A stretch of DNA of 64,000 bases from Amoebidium appalachense (taxonomy: Eukaryota > Protista > Ichthyosporea). Below the pieces are notes generated by a model that worked only from the letters and a program-made list of their open reading frames with translations, had not been told where the DNA came from and did not search any database. A program made the position numbers and the translations under genes. This document shows positions 50,841-64,000 of this stretch, piece after piece (the stretch's first letter is position 1; each line of letters starts with the position of its first letter). The stretch covers positions 806,001-870,000 of the forward strand of contig CAVNZM010000006.1 of the NCBI GenBank assembly GCA_963693365.1. The letters are read 5' to 3'.

Positions 50841-51830
50841 CGTGCGTGCGTGTGTCTGTGCATGTGTGTGTGTGCGCGGACGTGTGCGTCTGTTTGCATG
50901 CGTGTATGCATGCGTGTGTGTGGTGTGTGTAGAGGGAAGGAGGTAGGGGGCAGGGGGTGTTGGACAAATTAGAAGGGGTGTGCAGGTACAGAAAATTTCC
51001 AGGCAGCAGGTTATGGCGCCACATCGATGAAGCAGAGAGTATTGGCTTTTGCAATTGAGAGGAATCACAATCAGACTTTAATTTTAATATTATATTTAAA
51101 AAAGGACCAAAGATGTTGGTCACAACGGTGCAGAACATTTTGTTTTGGCTCCCCTAATAAAATTATCCGGAAAATGTTTAACCGGATGTTGACACCGCCT
51201 TCTGATACCCTTCATATCCGTGTCGGCGGTCTTAAAACACCAACATACGTTTCAATTCGTCACTACATCCCATCAATATACCACACAGAAGCACAATATC
51301 GGTATAGGATGGCTCATAGTTGTGTCTGTATTACCTTTCTGGGTACAAATATCACCAAAGCACTTTCACTGCACAGAGGTCCTGATGGCCGTCCGCTGCA
51401 CACTTTCGGAATTCCAAATCCTAGCGGGCTACACCCTAGCCATGCAAGGTAAACTATTCAAAAATGGCCCTGACTTGTGTGTGACCTGAGAGTCCAAAGG
51501 TTAATCCCTTGAGAAGCACTAAGTGTCCGAGACGTTTGGGGTGATATTTGAGAATAGAACCCCCATCACAAATATTGGCAGGCGTGGTGATGCAACGTGA
51601 GTAAAATAAACATTATAATAGGAAAGGTCTTACCGCACAGCAAAAGACAACACAGTCGACATAGCGGCGGCAGCGTTCTGTAGGGCCACCCATTAATTAT
51701 TTATTAGTTCCTTTGCTTTGACACCCTACCAGACTACACATGCAGACTATGTTCAATTGTCGATGATTGTACATGATTGTTTGGTGGTGGTGGTGGTGGT
51801 GGTGGGTGAGGTGGGTATTTTTTTTTCTTT

Positions 51831-51861
<31 letters not shown>

Positions 51862-52419
51862 GGGGGGGTTCAGGGTGTGTGATCCGGTGGGTAAGACAAA
51901 GGGTAGTGGTGGCTATGGGCATGGCGGTGCATGCCTGTATCCGGTATGTGCTGCTGCACAGTGGTGCATGCCCAAAATGGTTTCATATGGTCACGCATAG
52001 CCGGAAACGAACAGGGGGGAAGGTTGGGGGAGAAGGGGGGGAGGGGGGGGGATGAGCAGGAGAGGATGGAATGTGGATGCTGTGCTGAGAAAGAGGACAG
52101 GGGATGGCTGGTGGGGAAGGGGGGGGGGGGGGAGGTGGAGGGGGGAGGGAGGGGGGGAGTCTCCACCAGCCAGCATCCAGGTGTGCTTCCACGACACATC
52201 CTCCAACCCAATATATGACCCATGCAGGCACCGTGGCACATCTGAGTAGGAGCCTCGGTTAGAATAGCACCTCCCCCACACACCTCCCCACCCCCTACCA
52301 CACACGCACACACACACAAACATAGACACACAAACACAGACCCAGACCCAGACCCAGACCCAGACCCAGACCCAGACACCCCCCCCCCCCCCCCCCCCCC
52401 CTCCCCCCCCGCCCCCCCA

Positions 52420-52484
<65 letters not shown>

Positions 52485-52762
52485 CTTACGTGGCCCCAAA
52501 ATTTCATTTTCTTTCTCATCCGTCCTAACCCCCCCCCCCCCCCCACCAAAAAAAAAAAACCACCAACACTACCCCCACAGAAGGGAAATAAGCGAGGAGA
52601 ACGAACGGAATTAGGAGGCACCCACCATTCAAGCCCCCTTCTCCCCACACCACCAACCCCACCCCCACCCACCCACCGTGTTTCCAGTTCCTATCGGTGT
52701 TGACTATACGGTGCCATTCCCGGCACACACGGCTTAGCCTCAACCGCACACGCCCTGGCAGC
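44847..52762 (-). CDS. F-box + TPR-repeat protein; multi-exon, first exon and some junctions unresolved
   Basis: Exon 52762-52677 [20 protein letters not shown] (F-box C-half). Further exons near 52240 ([10 protein letters not shown]), 51677, 50490, 49967, 49088 ([17 protein letters not shown]), 48426 ([23 protein letters not shown]), 48185 ([26 protein letters not shown]), 47381, 46566 ([13 protein letters not shown]), 45937 ([19 protein letters not shown]), 45221 and 44955. Confidence 0.7.
49377..49589. mobile_element. Foldback MITE (~213 bp) with TTAA-type flanks, in an intron of the F-box gene
   Basis: The whole element is an imperfect palindrome: ggagaaagggttcgaaacagactacgtaccccgtcagactagcaaaatttagccgcc... 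/ ...ggcggctaaattttgctagtctaacggggtacgtactctggtttgaaccctttctcc. Flanked by tgaa (left) and ttaa (right). Confidence 0.8.
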
Positions 52763-53248
52763 CTGCACACATGGTGTGAGTGTGTGCATGATTTTTAATT
52801 ATGTATTGCTTCTCATTCGCTGTTTAAGATTGGGGTGGCGTATATGTGTGGATATGTGCATGTGACAGGCGTGTGTGCCTCTGTGAGTGTCTGTGTGTGT
52901 ACCTGTGTGTCGCCTGCACATGACCACCCGGGCACACCCGTGTTCACATGTGCAAGTGCACTCGGATTTTCTGATTTTTAATATATGTATTCCGGGGGGG
53001 GGGGGGGGGTTTGAATGCGGAACACGGTACGAAGTACGCATACACGATGAGAAGTATGGTGCAGGACACATGCAAAGGCAAACATTCAAGTATGCAACAT
53101 CAGCCATGCGCACAGTATGCGTCATAAGCAGAGCCCATCCTCAGGGAGGGCCCAAGTCATCAATTGCGTCTGAGTTTCGACCCCTTAGCCCGTGTATATA
53201 CGACTCTCCAACTCAGACAGCAGCAGCAACTGAACTTGGGAGGGTCAA

Positions 53249-53287
<39 letters not shown>

Positions 53288-54108
53288 GGGGGGGGGGGGC
53301 TATTGTATTTCTGAATCTGGATATTCACGGTGTGTGGCTGTGAATTTAATTTGCTATTGAATTGTGCTAGACATATGTTCCAAATACACACAGCACACGG
53401 TAGAGATTCTGGTACATTCCATCGCTGAACTTCATGGCACAACACTTGCACACCCACAATCTATTTCAAAGGATCAATCCCCCCCCCCCCCCTCCCCCCC
53501 CCCGCCCTCCAATGAAACCAAACCCATATGTGCTTGGTGCAACAGACCACGGGGCCATAGTCGTGCCACACGCATTACAACTATTTCATGTCAGAGCAGG
53601 CAATAAACATGAGTAGTGTGGTCCGGCAATCCTTTTGTTGTCAAAAGCTGCCAAGTCTCCCTTAATTTCAAAAATATTCTCCAGCGTGGAAAGATGAGAT
53701 AAGGGTGCGAGCGAAAAGAATAAAAAAGAAAAAGCTAGAGTAACTGCAAAGAGGGGGGGGGGGGAGGGGGGGGGGGGGGGGGTATTTGTTGGGATTACCC
53801 TGCAAATGTGAAAGACGGAAGTGGCGTAATAGGCAAGCAGCAAAGGTAGACCCCACTTGCCGAAGGGGGGAGAAGGGGGGGGGGGAGTGGTTGGTTAGGA
53901 GGCACGAAGTAAACATTCACGACATACAACACAACGCAGATTTGCCGGGGGAAGGAGGGGGGGGGGGGGGGGGGGGGGGGGGGAGTCCAACATGTCGGAG
54001 TTGCGACACCCACTATCTCGGGCGCAACGGGGGGGGGGGGGGGGGGGGGGGTTGGATACCCAGTAAAAGTACAAAGGCCCAAAAAAAGAGCGGAAGGAGA
54101 AGGGAGAA

Positions 54109-54139
<31 letters not shown>

Positions 54140-54167
54140 ACACGGCTGATGGCGCAGAGTTTTTTTT

Positions 54168-54198
<31 letters not shown>

Positions 54199-55523
54199 GG
54201 GGGGAGAGAGGCAGGAGGGGGGGGGGAGGGGGAGAAGGGGGGGAGGGTAGAATGGGCTACAGATTGCTAAGTATACACTCCTATAGAGAGGGGGGGGGGG
54301 GGAAAGAGGTATAGAATTGAGAGGGGAAAAAACAAAGGGGCAACAAGAATGAGCATCAAGAAGGGAGCACGCCATGGCCAGGACAGGCAGATGTATATGT
54401 TGTGATTAATTTTGTGTGTGGATGCATGTATCCCGCTGTATGCGTCCATGCGTGTTATCACGTGTGCGTGAGCGTGCGTGTTGTGTGCGTGAAGTTATCA
54501 ATTTCTGCGCACATGTGAGCTTGTGTGTGCTTTCGTTCGAGCGCATATGGGTATGTGTATGCATCTATGATGGCAGAATGAGCATGAAAAATGTGAATCC
54601 ACGGAAAGCAGAAAAGCAGTCTGTCTTGTGGCAGTACAGGTGTGCCTCTCCCGCCCGCTTAGAAAGTGGCAGGACATGAGAGGAAGGAGTATGGAGAGGT
54701 TACATTACATAGTGCACATGGCAATGGTGTGTATACACGCACATGTTGATTTTACTTAGTGGGCACCCACCACAACAGTATGCGCTCCCACGATTCGGTT
54801 GGCAGCCGCGGCATGCCTTCTAACGCAACTGGTGTACTCATGTTCAAATACCACTGAAATATACCCTCGCCGACCTAATCATCTGACACTAATATTAACA
54901 CTAATATTAGAAACACCCTGAGCTTTGTTTCCGTACAACACAAACAAAAAGCGAAACCCTCAACGCAGACCAAAGGAGTCAGCGCCGCACACCAGTGCAG
55001 CCTAAAATGCAGCGCGATCGGCACCTCGAAAGAAGATATTAGTCCGATATGCAAACCGATATGCAGCATCGAGCTGCCCAAAATTTCAAATACGATTGTA
55101 ATTTGTAAATGTGTTATATGTTTTAATCCTTGCTGCGCAGTTTTCGGGGTTGGTGTGGCAGTGTGTAGTGCACGTGTACATGTATGTTTTTCTGCCTAGC
55201 CACAAGGAGTTGTAGAGTCTTAAGTAGACGCGCAGCAAAAAAAGGATTCCCTTAACTTTGAGGAAAGCACGTTAGCGCATACAGTTTGGAGTAGAAATCC
55301 TGGAAACGCACGTTTGACAAGAACAACTCTCTCGTCACTGTTGCAAGGATTTCGGAGGGAATGGGAATTTGAGCAAGCAAGACACACACTTGCATATAGA
55401 TCTCAGACGGGAACAGCGTACTGCTATTATCAAGTTGCATAAGGAACAGGACTACATTTTATCTCTCTTTCTTGCTAATTGTCCTACTATCCACCCGCTG
55501 GGTGTGATGAGAGGCTAGTCAAC

Positions 55524-56357
55524 ATGATGGCCAAATACAAAACAAAAGTTAGAACGCCCAAACGAACCAAACCAGCAGACACCAAAGACTCACACAGTAA
55601 ACCAAAGAAGAAGCAAAAGCTCGAGGGAGCAACACACACCTTAAAGACAGCAATGGCAGTCAAGAGCAAGAGTGCCTTCAAGCGCGTGGCTGTGCAACTC
55701 GAGGCCAGCCTGCCCCCCCTTGCGCTGAAGGATGTGGAGAGGGGTGTGAGGGAGTACCTTAATGAGCAAATAATGCAGTGAGTACCATATACTACCCCCC
55801 CCCCCCCCACCACCACCACCACCACCACCACCCATCTCACCCGCCCACCCCCCACCCCAATTGTCCCCTCTCATTCCTGCTCTCCCCCCTTCCCCCCGCC
55901 CAACTCACCCCCCCTTCCCCCTTTTATTCACCAACACTCTTCCTTGTTTGCACACACACCCTCTCAACCTCATGGCCTTGTATGAATTTTGGACTTGGGT
56001 ACAAGCACTGTGGCATGTAGTGTGGCGGGAATGAGTGTACAGGTCCAAGTGTAAGGGCAATATTTATGCGCCTGTGTTGGCCTGTGTGTACCGCTTGGGG
56101 GGAGGCTCGGGCTGAGGGGGATGATGCTTGGGGAGAGGCTCGGGCTGAGGGGGATGATGCTTGGGAGGAGGCTCGGGCTGAGGGGTATGCTTGGGAGATA
56201 GGAGGGGACGGGACCAGGAGTGTGGCGTAGTAAGGCTTGTGCATCAGTGTTGTGTTGGCATGTTCTGGAGCGAGGGAAGGCACCGATCGGGAAAGAGGAG
56301 GGGGTCACACACACAAGCACGCACACACACACACACACACCCACACCCACCCACACA

Positions 56358-56432
<75 letters not shown>

Positions 56433-56447
56433 AGGGAGAATGGAAAA

Positions 56448-56509
<62 letters not shown>

Positions 56510-56903
56510 GGAGAGAGAGAGAGAAAGTTAAAGAGAGGGAGAGAGGGGGGGAGCGGGGAGGAGGCAGGCATCTGTTCTGTTGGTGTTGTAGTAAGCACCA
56601 TTGTACAGACAGGAGGCAAAGTTTCGGAACCTCGACAAATCTCTTTATTACGGTGGCTGGGTGTGTTGGTTTCGTTTGATTCGAAAAATGTCACAGTAAG
56701 ATGCCAGAGAACTCTATCTCTCCCCTGCCTCCTATCCCCCCTCCCCCTCCCCCCCCCCAACCCGCACCCCCCCTCCCCCTTTTAAACACACTCACACATC
56801 GCCACCGCCCGCCCCTTCATTGGCCGGGTGGGGCGGGTGTAAACCCCCTCGCCCTAGTTTTGACATGATTACCTTCACTCTCCCCCCCCCCCCCCCCTCT
56901 TTC

Positions 56904-56934
<31 letters not shown>

Positions 56935-57025
56935 GTCTTACTTTTTGGCATACTCTAGCTCGCCTGAGTTTTTGCACCTGTGCCGTGGTGCTCCTGTCAG
57001 GCCTCATAGTGTGTTGTACAGTATA

Positions 57026-57059
<34 letters not shown>

Positions 57060-57245
57060 ACACACACACACATACACACATAAAAACCACGACCTCCCCC
57101 TCCCCCCCCCCCTTCCCCTCCCCCCGCCCCCCACACACACACCACTACCATTGAGGGGCAAGTTGCATTGGTTAATGCATGCTGAGCTGTGTTTGTGTCG
57201 GAGTGTCAATCCGTAGGTTGCTCATGTACCACAACGGCACATGCG

Positions 57246-57301
<56 letters not shown>

Positions 57302-57565
57302 CCACACCACAGATATGACGATGACCTACAGGGTGTGGTGCTTGGCTATACGGGGCTGAGGGCCCAACAGTCTATGGGGCGCATCATTGACGACTCCCCC
57401 TTCATTATTATCCCCGTGTCCGTCACATTTCTGCTCTTTGCCCCACAAATAGGCTCCACGCTAGGTACCCCCCCCCCTCCCCCCCCCCCCCCCCCCCCGC
57501 CCCTCCCCTCCTCCCCCAGAAAAGAAGAAAAAAAACACCCACCCACCCACCCACCCATCCACACA

Positions 57566-57603
<38 letters not shown>

Positions 57604-58073
57604 GCAACCCCAACCCGTTTCTCCGTGGGTCGCAGGCTCAATACTTTCTACTATCCTTCGTTTGTTGTGTCGTCTCGTTCTTGCAAACCCCCTCGGTGGG
57701 CGGCGGCCGGGGGGAGGGGGGGGAGGGTGGGGGGGTTCGGGGGAACTGTTGGTCGGGGGTGTCCGACTGTTTCGAAGGTTGGCCGTTCTGTATGTCTGGT
57801 GCCGTGTTGTGTATTTTGTTTCCCTCATGGTGTTTTACGGGACCCCCCTCCCCCCCCCTCCCCCAGGGATCCAAAACGCCAGCTTCCCACCCGTCTGGCC
57901 CTTTGTCCCTCCCTCCCACCTACGTTCCCTTCAATTTTTACTCTTGCCGGCTTGATTTGTGGCTACTTTTTCTGTCCACTTTGTGATCTCGCAATGGTGG
58001 TGCATTGTGTCCTGTGTGTGTGCCTGTGTATGTGCCCCCCTGCCTGTACACCGCCCTCCATCACTCACCCTGT

Positions 58074-58104
<31 letters not shown>

Positions 58105-58331
58105 CAGTCGGGGAGGTGCACAAGGTTGGTGCCGACCACGTGGGTCTGCTCGTGCACAAAACCTTCAACGCTGCAATTGCAAAGTCAGACATGGGAGAGT
58201 ACGTGTCCTCCCCCCTCTTCTCCCTTCTCCCCCCTCTCCCCACCCTCCTAACCGGGCCTAATGCGCGCGCACACACACACACATACACACATACACACTC
58301 ACATCACACACATCCCACACACACACATACC

Positions 58332-58390
<59 letters not shown>

Positions 58391-58395
58391 TCGGG

Positions 58396-58445
<50 letters not shown>

Positions 58446-59230
58446 ACCGAACTACTCATTCCCTCACTCACTCACCCATCCACTCACACACGCACACATA
58501 CTACGCACACATTTTTGGTATGCAGGGGTCGTCTATGTCATATGCACCTATTAGCCGTGCTTTGCTCTATGTGGCAACCATATCCAAGATTCTGACTGTC
58601 ACGTACTATTTCACCCCTTGTTCGTTCTGCCTTCCCCCCCCCTCCCCCCCCCCCCCCCTCCCTCCCCCCCTTTCCCCTGTCTCCCCCGTTCCCGTTCCCC
58701 CCCCCCCTCCCTCCCCCCCCCCCCCGCCCCTCCTCAATAGAAATATAATAAAACATAGTATTAATAATAAATAAGAAAAAAGAAAAAAAATTACATGCCA
58801 TTAACTACTTGAAGACCACCACCTAGTGCTAGCAGGTGTGCATGGACCAGCACTCTGACACTGTGGGCACAGGGGGTTTGAGTTTGATGCGGATAGTGAG
58901 GTGTGGATCGATGGAGATAAGGCGGTGGAGGTGGGCACGATGGTGGCATTCGAGGTCACAGGGTAGGTGATACTCATATGCACGTGCATACAGGCGCACA
59001 TGCACACACACACACGTTTTCAAATACGCACACACGAACACACGAACACACACACACACAGGCACACATGAACACACGTGTGTGTACGCGCGCGCACACA
59101 CATGAACACACACAAACACCTGCGTGCACACACGACACGCAAAGACACAAGCACGCTCAAACAGAGATGCAGGCGCACAAGCACATACAGCCGCATATCC
59201 ACACAACTGCAGGGGCACTTACACACACAT

Positions 59231-59265
<35 letters not shown>

Positions 59266-59612
59266 CACGTATACAAGCACCCACTTGCAAACGAGGTCAC
59301 TCTTGAAATTGTGACGTTTTTTGTGCAGCCTTCTCGTTTTTGGGCATGTGTGGTCATATGGGTTGAAGTTTGGGGTGGAGGCCCCGCGGGGGGGGGGGGG
59401 GGGGGGGGGGGGGGATGGGGGGGGATGGGGGAAGGGCGGAAGGCAAAAGAGGGCGGGGAGGGGAGGGAGGGGAGAGAGAGAGAGAAAGAAGAGAGAGAGA
59501 GAGAGAGACAAGCTTTATATTCTTGTTTCGTGTGGGATGAAGATGGTGGGTGAGCATCTAGAAAAGAGGAAGGGTGGGGGGGGGGGGGGGGGGGGAAGGT
59601 GGCGGAGTTGCA

Positions 59613-59694
<82 letters not shown>

Positions 59695-60294
59695 CCCAGG
59701 TTGTGTGTGTGTGGGGGAGATGTCCTGAGGTAGTTGTCTGAAGGTGTCTGTTTGGACAGGATGGAGCTTCTCAGTGAGGTGATCAGCATAGCTGGCAGGC
59801 TGGTGGCCGTCACAAAGGTGAGCTAGCAAAAATACATGCCTTACATGGATATGTGCTATTCATGTTTTTTTTGCAAACACTCCGTATGATGCGATTTGTA
59901 TTGAAGAAGCCATGCACGTCCACGCTCTGCAGTTGCACCCAACCGACCCCCCAATATTATCTATCGTGTAAACCAACCTGGTTTGTATCTGTTATTAGGT
60001 GTATGCAGCAGACAGGGAATGGGTTCAGAGCAACCTGTTAATACTTGATAGTCCGGGGGGGAGGGGGTGGGGAGGGTGGGAGGGGGAGGGGGGGGGGGGG
60101 GGGGGGGGGGGGGCAGTAGCCCTTTACCTCATCCACACATCGACCACGTACTTTGACTAGTACCTTTTTTTTAGCAAATGTTTTTTCCTGGCCCCCAGGA
60201 CCCTGATTCAAGTATTGCAAAAGGGTTAAGAAACCCCGGGTGTTATTCTTGGAACTCTTTGTACCTGCGTGTGGGTAGGTGATGGCGGTGGTGT

Positions 60295-60330
<36 letters not shown>

Positions 60331-60528
60331 GAAGGGGGGGGGGGGGGGAAGAGGCGGAGAAGGGGGGGGGGGGGGGGGGGGGGGAAGGCAACCCGTTTGT
60401 TTTCTGACTTTTTGGGCCAACCAGGCTGCCAGCCCAGAGAAAAGTGAGATTGAAGAGGAGGTAGTGGAGGAGGAAGAGACCAAACAGAGCAAAACGAAAA
60501 AGAGCAAGGCACCACAACCAGGTCTGTG

Positions 60529-60590
<62 letters not shown>

Positions 60591-60745
60591 ACACACAACC
60601 ACCACCGCCGTCGCCTCTTCGTCAACACCAGAACAGACCTGCAAATGTCTCCCTATTTCATACCTTTTGCATCCAACCCCATCCCCGTATGTCATATGAC
60701 CGGGCTGTTTCCACACACACACATACACACACACTCACACACTCA

Positions 60746-60809
<64 letters not shown>

Positions 60810-61235
60810 GATTCCTCCCCCTCCCCCTCCCCCCTCCCCCCATCCACACGAGCTTGCACACACACGGCCTTTAGTTTGCCACGGTATCAATACAAGATTT
60901 CAAATTTTCTCTGTCGTTATTTTTTCCCTCATTAATACCTCAAATCCATTCTCTAAACATGCTCACCCCTGCAATACCAACGCTTTTGCGATTGGCTGAC
61001 TCCATTTTGGTACTTATCAGATGCAACTGCGGAAAAAAGTGCAAAGAAACGACAAACGACAGAGAGTGTCAGTGTTGACCAGGATGAGGAGCCAGTAACA
61101 GCAAAGAAAAAGAAGAAGAAAGCACAAGTGGAGGAGGAGGAGGGTGATGGAACAACCAAGAAGAGCAAAAAGAGCGCAGAAGCAGAAAATGTGGCACCAT
61201 CAGCCAAGAAGTCAGCAAAGAAGAAGAAGGAGTGA
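55524..61235 (+). CDS. RPA43: RNA polymerase I subunit RPA43 (A43/POLR1F-like), 7 exons
   Basis: Phase-consistent exons 55524-55777, 57313-57464, 58108-58198, 58873-58962, 59760-59817, 60425-60521, 61021-61235. Motifs SLPPLAL..VERGVREYLNEQIMQYDDDLQGVVLGY, GRIIDDSPF..FLLFAPQIGSTLVGEVHKVGADHVGLLVHKTFNAAI, W....VEVGTMVAFEV, and a Lys/Glu-rich tail. Confidence 0.9.
56092..56200. repeat. 33-bp tandem repeat (~3 copies) in RPA43 intron 1
   Basis: gcttggggggaggctcgggctgagggggatgat repeated with minor changes. Confidence 0.85.
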
Positions 61236-61753
61236 TGAACATGAAGTGCTTAGTAATTAGAAGTGTGAAGATGGTGTTTCCCCTTCCTCCCGTGAGTGTA
61301 GGCACCAACCAAAAATGGGGGGGGGGGGGGGGGGGGGGGGGGAGGGGGGGGGAGGAGGAGGGCGCGAGGGGTGGCGGGGAGAGGGGGGGGGGGGGGGTAG
61401 CAAATGGCATAGCTGGTCTATGGCCCGGACTCTGAGACTCTAGGTGGAGCGGTATGCAACATGTAAATCTAGATCATCAGTGGATACATATGGCTTTGGT
61501 CGCAGTACTAACCACAATTTTCCTGTAGCTCTTGCTTTAATATTTGCGCCATCATATAAAAGTCGTGACTATCGTCATGAATTTATCCTCCCCCCTTATA
61601 GGTACACACACACACTGTACAGACCGCAAACTTGCACAGCCACACTGTAACTGTCCACCACAACCACCATCACCGCCGATACCACCACCACCATCACCAA
61701 CACCCCCCCACACACACGCGCGCGCGCACACACGTGTACACACACACACACAT

Positions 61754-61972
61754 GGGATGGATGGTACTACCCTCTCTCTACAAAAAAAATAGAGGCAAAG
61801 CTGCCATGTCTCTCAAACGTATAGAGGAGGGGTGCAAGGAGTACTGTGAGGACGCCACCTTGCCTGCCTTGACGTCCTCACAGTACTCCTTGCACCCCTC
61901 CTCTATACGTTTGAGAAGCATGGCAGCTTTGCCTCTATTTTTTTGCAGAGAGAGGGTAGTACCATCCATCCC
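61754..61972. repeat. Long near-perfect inverted repeat (arms 61754-61854 and 61873-61972, 18-nt loop)
   Basis: The arms are reverse complements apart from three substitutions and one 1-nt indel. The sequence is complex, not microsatellite. Confidence 0.97.
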
Positions 61973-62161
61973 GGGAACAGTCATTGTCACTAATCTATGA
62001 CTCCGCATGTACTTGATGAGGAAACGTGAGTACACCCGCTTTCTCTCGCTGTCCTTGTAAGTTGTTGCATTTCTACTCTGCTTTCTGAGACGGATATACT
62101 CGCGTGCCATTTTTGCCATTTTCTCTGGAGCCTCATTGGTTACGTCTTCAACATGCCTCAT
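61855..62161 (-). pseudogene. Intronless small ORF truncated by the foldback; resembles NCLDV (giant virus) DUF5760-like proteins
   Basis: MRHVEDVTNEAPEKMAKMAREYIRLRKQSRN...KDSERKRVYSRFLIKYMRSHRLVTMTVPGMDGTTLSLQKNRGKAAMLLKRIEEGCKEYCEDVKAGKV: basic helix, LxxYMxx, beta hairpin DGxxLxL, then K-A-x-x-x-K-x-I. The resemblance is recalled, not searched. Confidence 0.45.
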
Positions 62162-62548
62162 TTTTTTTCCTGGACCCAAGACTGGTTAATTGTACATGTG
62201 ATTAATAATATATTTTTGGAACCCACCCAAAGTTGCTAAATTAATGTAAAAAAAATGCAGCCTGCAAGACCGTGCTGGCTGGTGCCGTCCCACGTGCGCC
62301 GATTGCCAGGTTGTAAACTCCGTATATTATATACGAAATGCGGAGATTCTGAAGGGGGTTTACGCTGTTTACTCGAGGCAAAGAGAACCAGTCTCAGGTA
62401 TGGGGGGGGGGTTTTGCTCGGAATATCCCCTCAGCGGTATATCATGATCACGTACATAGATGTCGGGTGGTGACTATATATCAGGGTTTACTTTCTCTAC
62501 GAGACACCATAAAGACTACAAGGAGAAATCAATTAGTTGGGGTTCCCC

Positions 62549-62581
<33 letters not shown>

Positions 62582-62613
62582 GGGCTCCCCTTGGGACACT
62601 CGGTATCAGCTGG

Positions 62614-62615
<2 letters not shown>

Positions 62616-62686
<71 letters not shown>

Positions 62687-63933
62687 TGTTTGTGTGTGTG
62701 TGTGCGCGTGCGCTATAATTTTGTAGTGATGTGTTTCTCAAGCCAATCAATACATCTAATAAACAGGTCGTAGTTACGCGTGTTTAGTATAAAATCAAGG
62801 ATGTTGTAATTTACAGGTAGGCTATCTTTCTGGGTGTCTGTTGTGAATGTGACGTGTGTGTGTTGCGGTATTATGTGGTCTATCAAACTACATTTGGCGA
62901 TACATGACCGGTTAAACTGGTGTGTGTGTGTGTTGTTTGGGCATGCAAATGATGCCACCTTATACTTATTAGATCTCCACTGTATAGCACGTGTACAGTA
63001 AAAGCGTGGTAATTGATCAATAATACCATCAGCTAGAGAAAGACCAGTTCTACAGGAAGGTAATATGTATTTAGGTGTTATACATTTGCGAGTGCCATAT
63101 TTGGCAATATGGTTGAGGCGGTCAGTATATATAAAACGAGACATAAGGCTTAGTTTTTCAAGGTGTATGCTTTCATCGAGTCTAGTGTCGTGTGGTATCT
63201 TTTTCCATTTGTTATATTGCGTGATTATCTTGTGATTGTGTACATGTTTAATAAGTAAGTGGCAGTCCAAAGTCACACACACACTATTGCGGGGTTTATT
63301 TGTATTTGTGCCCAGGGGAGAAGGGGAGAGAGAGGGGAGGAAAGAGGGGAGAGGTGAGGAGGGGACAGGTCGGATAGAGAAGAGAGGGTGGGAGGGCAAA
63401 TACTTCTTTAAGCGGCTTATGTGCTTATTGAATTTCAGCGCGAGATAGGATACTCTAGCAGCTATTGGGACCAGACCATATATCGAGAGCGTTACAGGCC
63501 CAGGTTTACAACAGTTGTTAGATAGAAAGGAGGCAACTTCTGCTTCAAGGAAATTTGCCAAGGGTTTAAGCGCTCTAGTTCTCTCTTTCTTGATCCAAGC
63601 GGCGAGAAGGGGTAAACCATATTCACATGCCGGGAAGACAAAAGTGCGAATAAATGTAAGTCTAATAGAAGGATGGAGGGGTGTGTCTTTAAAAATATTA
63701 GCCGAGAAGAAAGCTAACCGCTTACGAGCCAACTCTACCCTCTTTTCGACCATATGGGGAAACATAACACCAACAGAATCAACCGGAACACCAAGATATT
63801 TGTATTCTGGAACTATAGGTACAGGTTTAGATGATAATGTAAATGTGTGTAAATTGTTAGCTATATCAGGTACAAGAACACCACATTTGTCTATGTTAAG
63901 GATCATAAGGTTTGCCTTGGGGGTAAACCACAC
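62616..63933 (-). mobile_element. 5'-truncated non-LTR retrotransposon (RT C-terminal/thumb region, open ORF 63933-62713) with (CA)n 3' tail
   Basis: LINE RT end motifs NLMILNIDKCGVL, VPEYKYLGV, IRLTFIRTFVFPACEYG, then a Cys/His-containing C-terminus. YADD and upstream domains are absent. The stop codon is followed by ~90 bp (CA)n at 62616-62704. Confidence 0.88.
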
Positions 63934-64000
63934 GTTTGCTTAATGCGGAAGTCCCATATTCGGATAGTTGAGGAATTTACCCTCCTCTGTTTTCCGCAAA

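Noticed and set aside
51346-51550. Possible MITE bounded by caaatatcacc / ggtgatatttg
   Set aside because: Only ~11-14 bp match, no clear TSD, and no second copy in the window.

Overview
Eukaryotic nuclear DNA, intron-rich, with introns and intergenic DNA full of poly-G/poly-C, (CA)n/(GT)n and (AG)n tracts, so most entries in the ORF track are spurious. A unicellular opisthokont (ichthyosporean-like) source is my guess from gene content and style only. Genes reconstructed by hand-splicing: (1) a 5'-incomplete peptide:N-glycanase carrying a C-terminal legume/L-type lectin domain (+, ~723-10436), followed by a 30-bp tandem array; (2) isocitrate lyase (+, 15659-19011); (3) a decayed, intron-containing Kolobok/Mutator-like transposase (-, ~22750-24745); (4) a head-to-head, CDS-intronless Hsp40 (DnaJB/Sis1-type) and IQ-BAG co-chaperone pair; (5) an inverted duplicate pair of small secreted proteins with NQPMGWGQG[YF] repeats; (6) a secreted 4x Kazal inhibitor; (7) an F-box/TPR gene (-); (8) RNA Pol I subunit RPA43 (+); (9) a ~100-bp-arm foldback built from a small ORF resembling giant-virus proteins; (10) a 5'-truncated non-LTR retrotransposon ending in (CA)n. 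Two MITEs and a dispersed repeat family are also present. Best leads: the virus-like gene foldback, the PrP-like repeat proteins, the PNGase-lectin fusion and the (CA)n splice acceptors. All family assignments come from motif recognition, not database searches.
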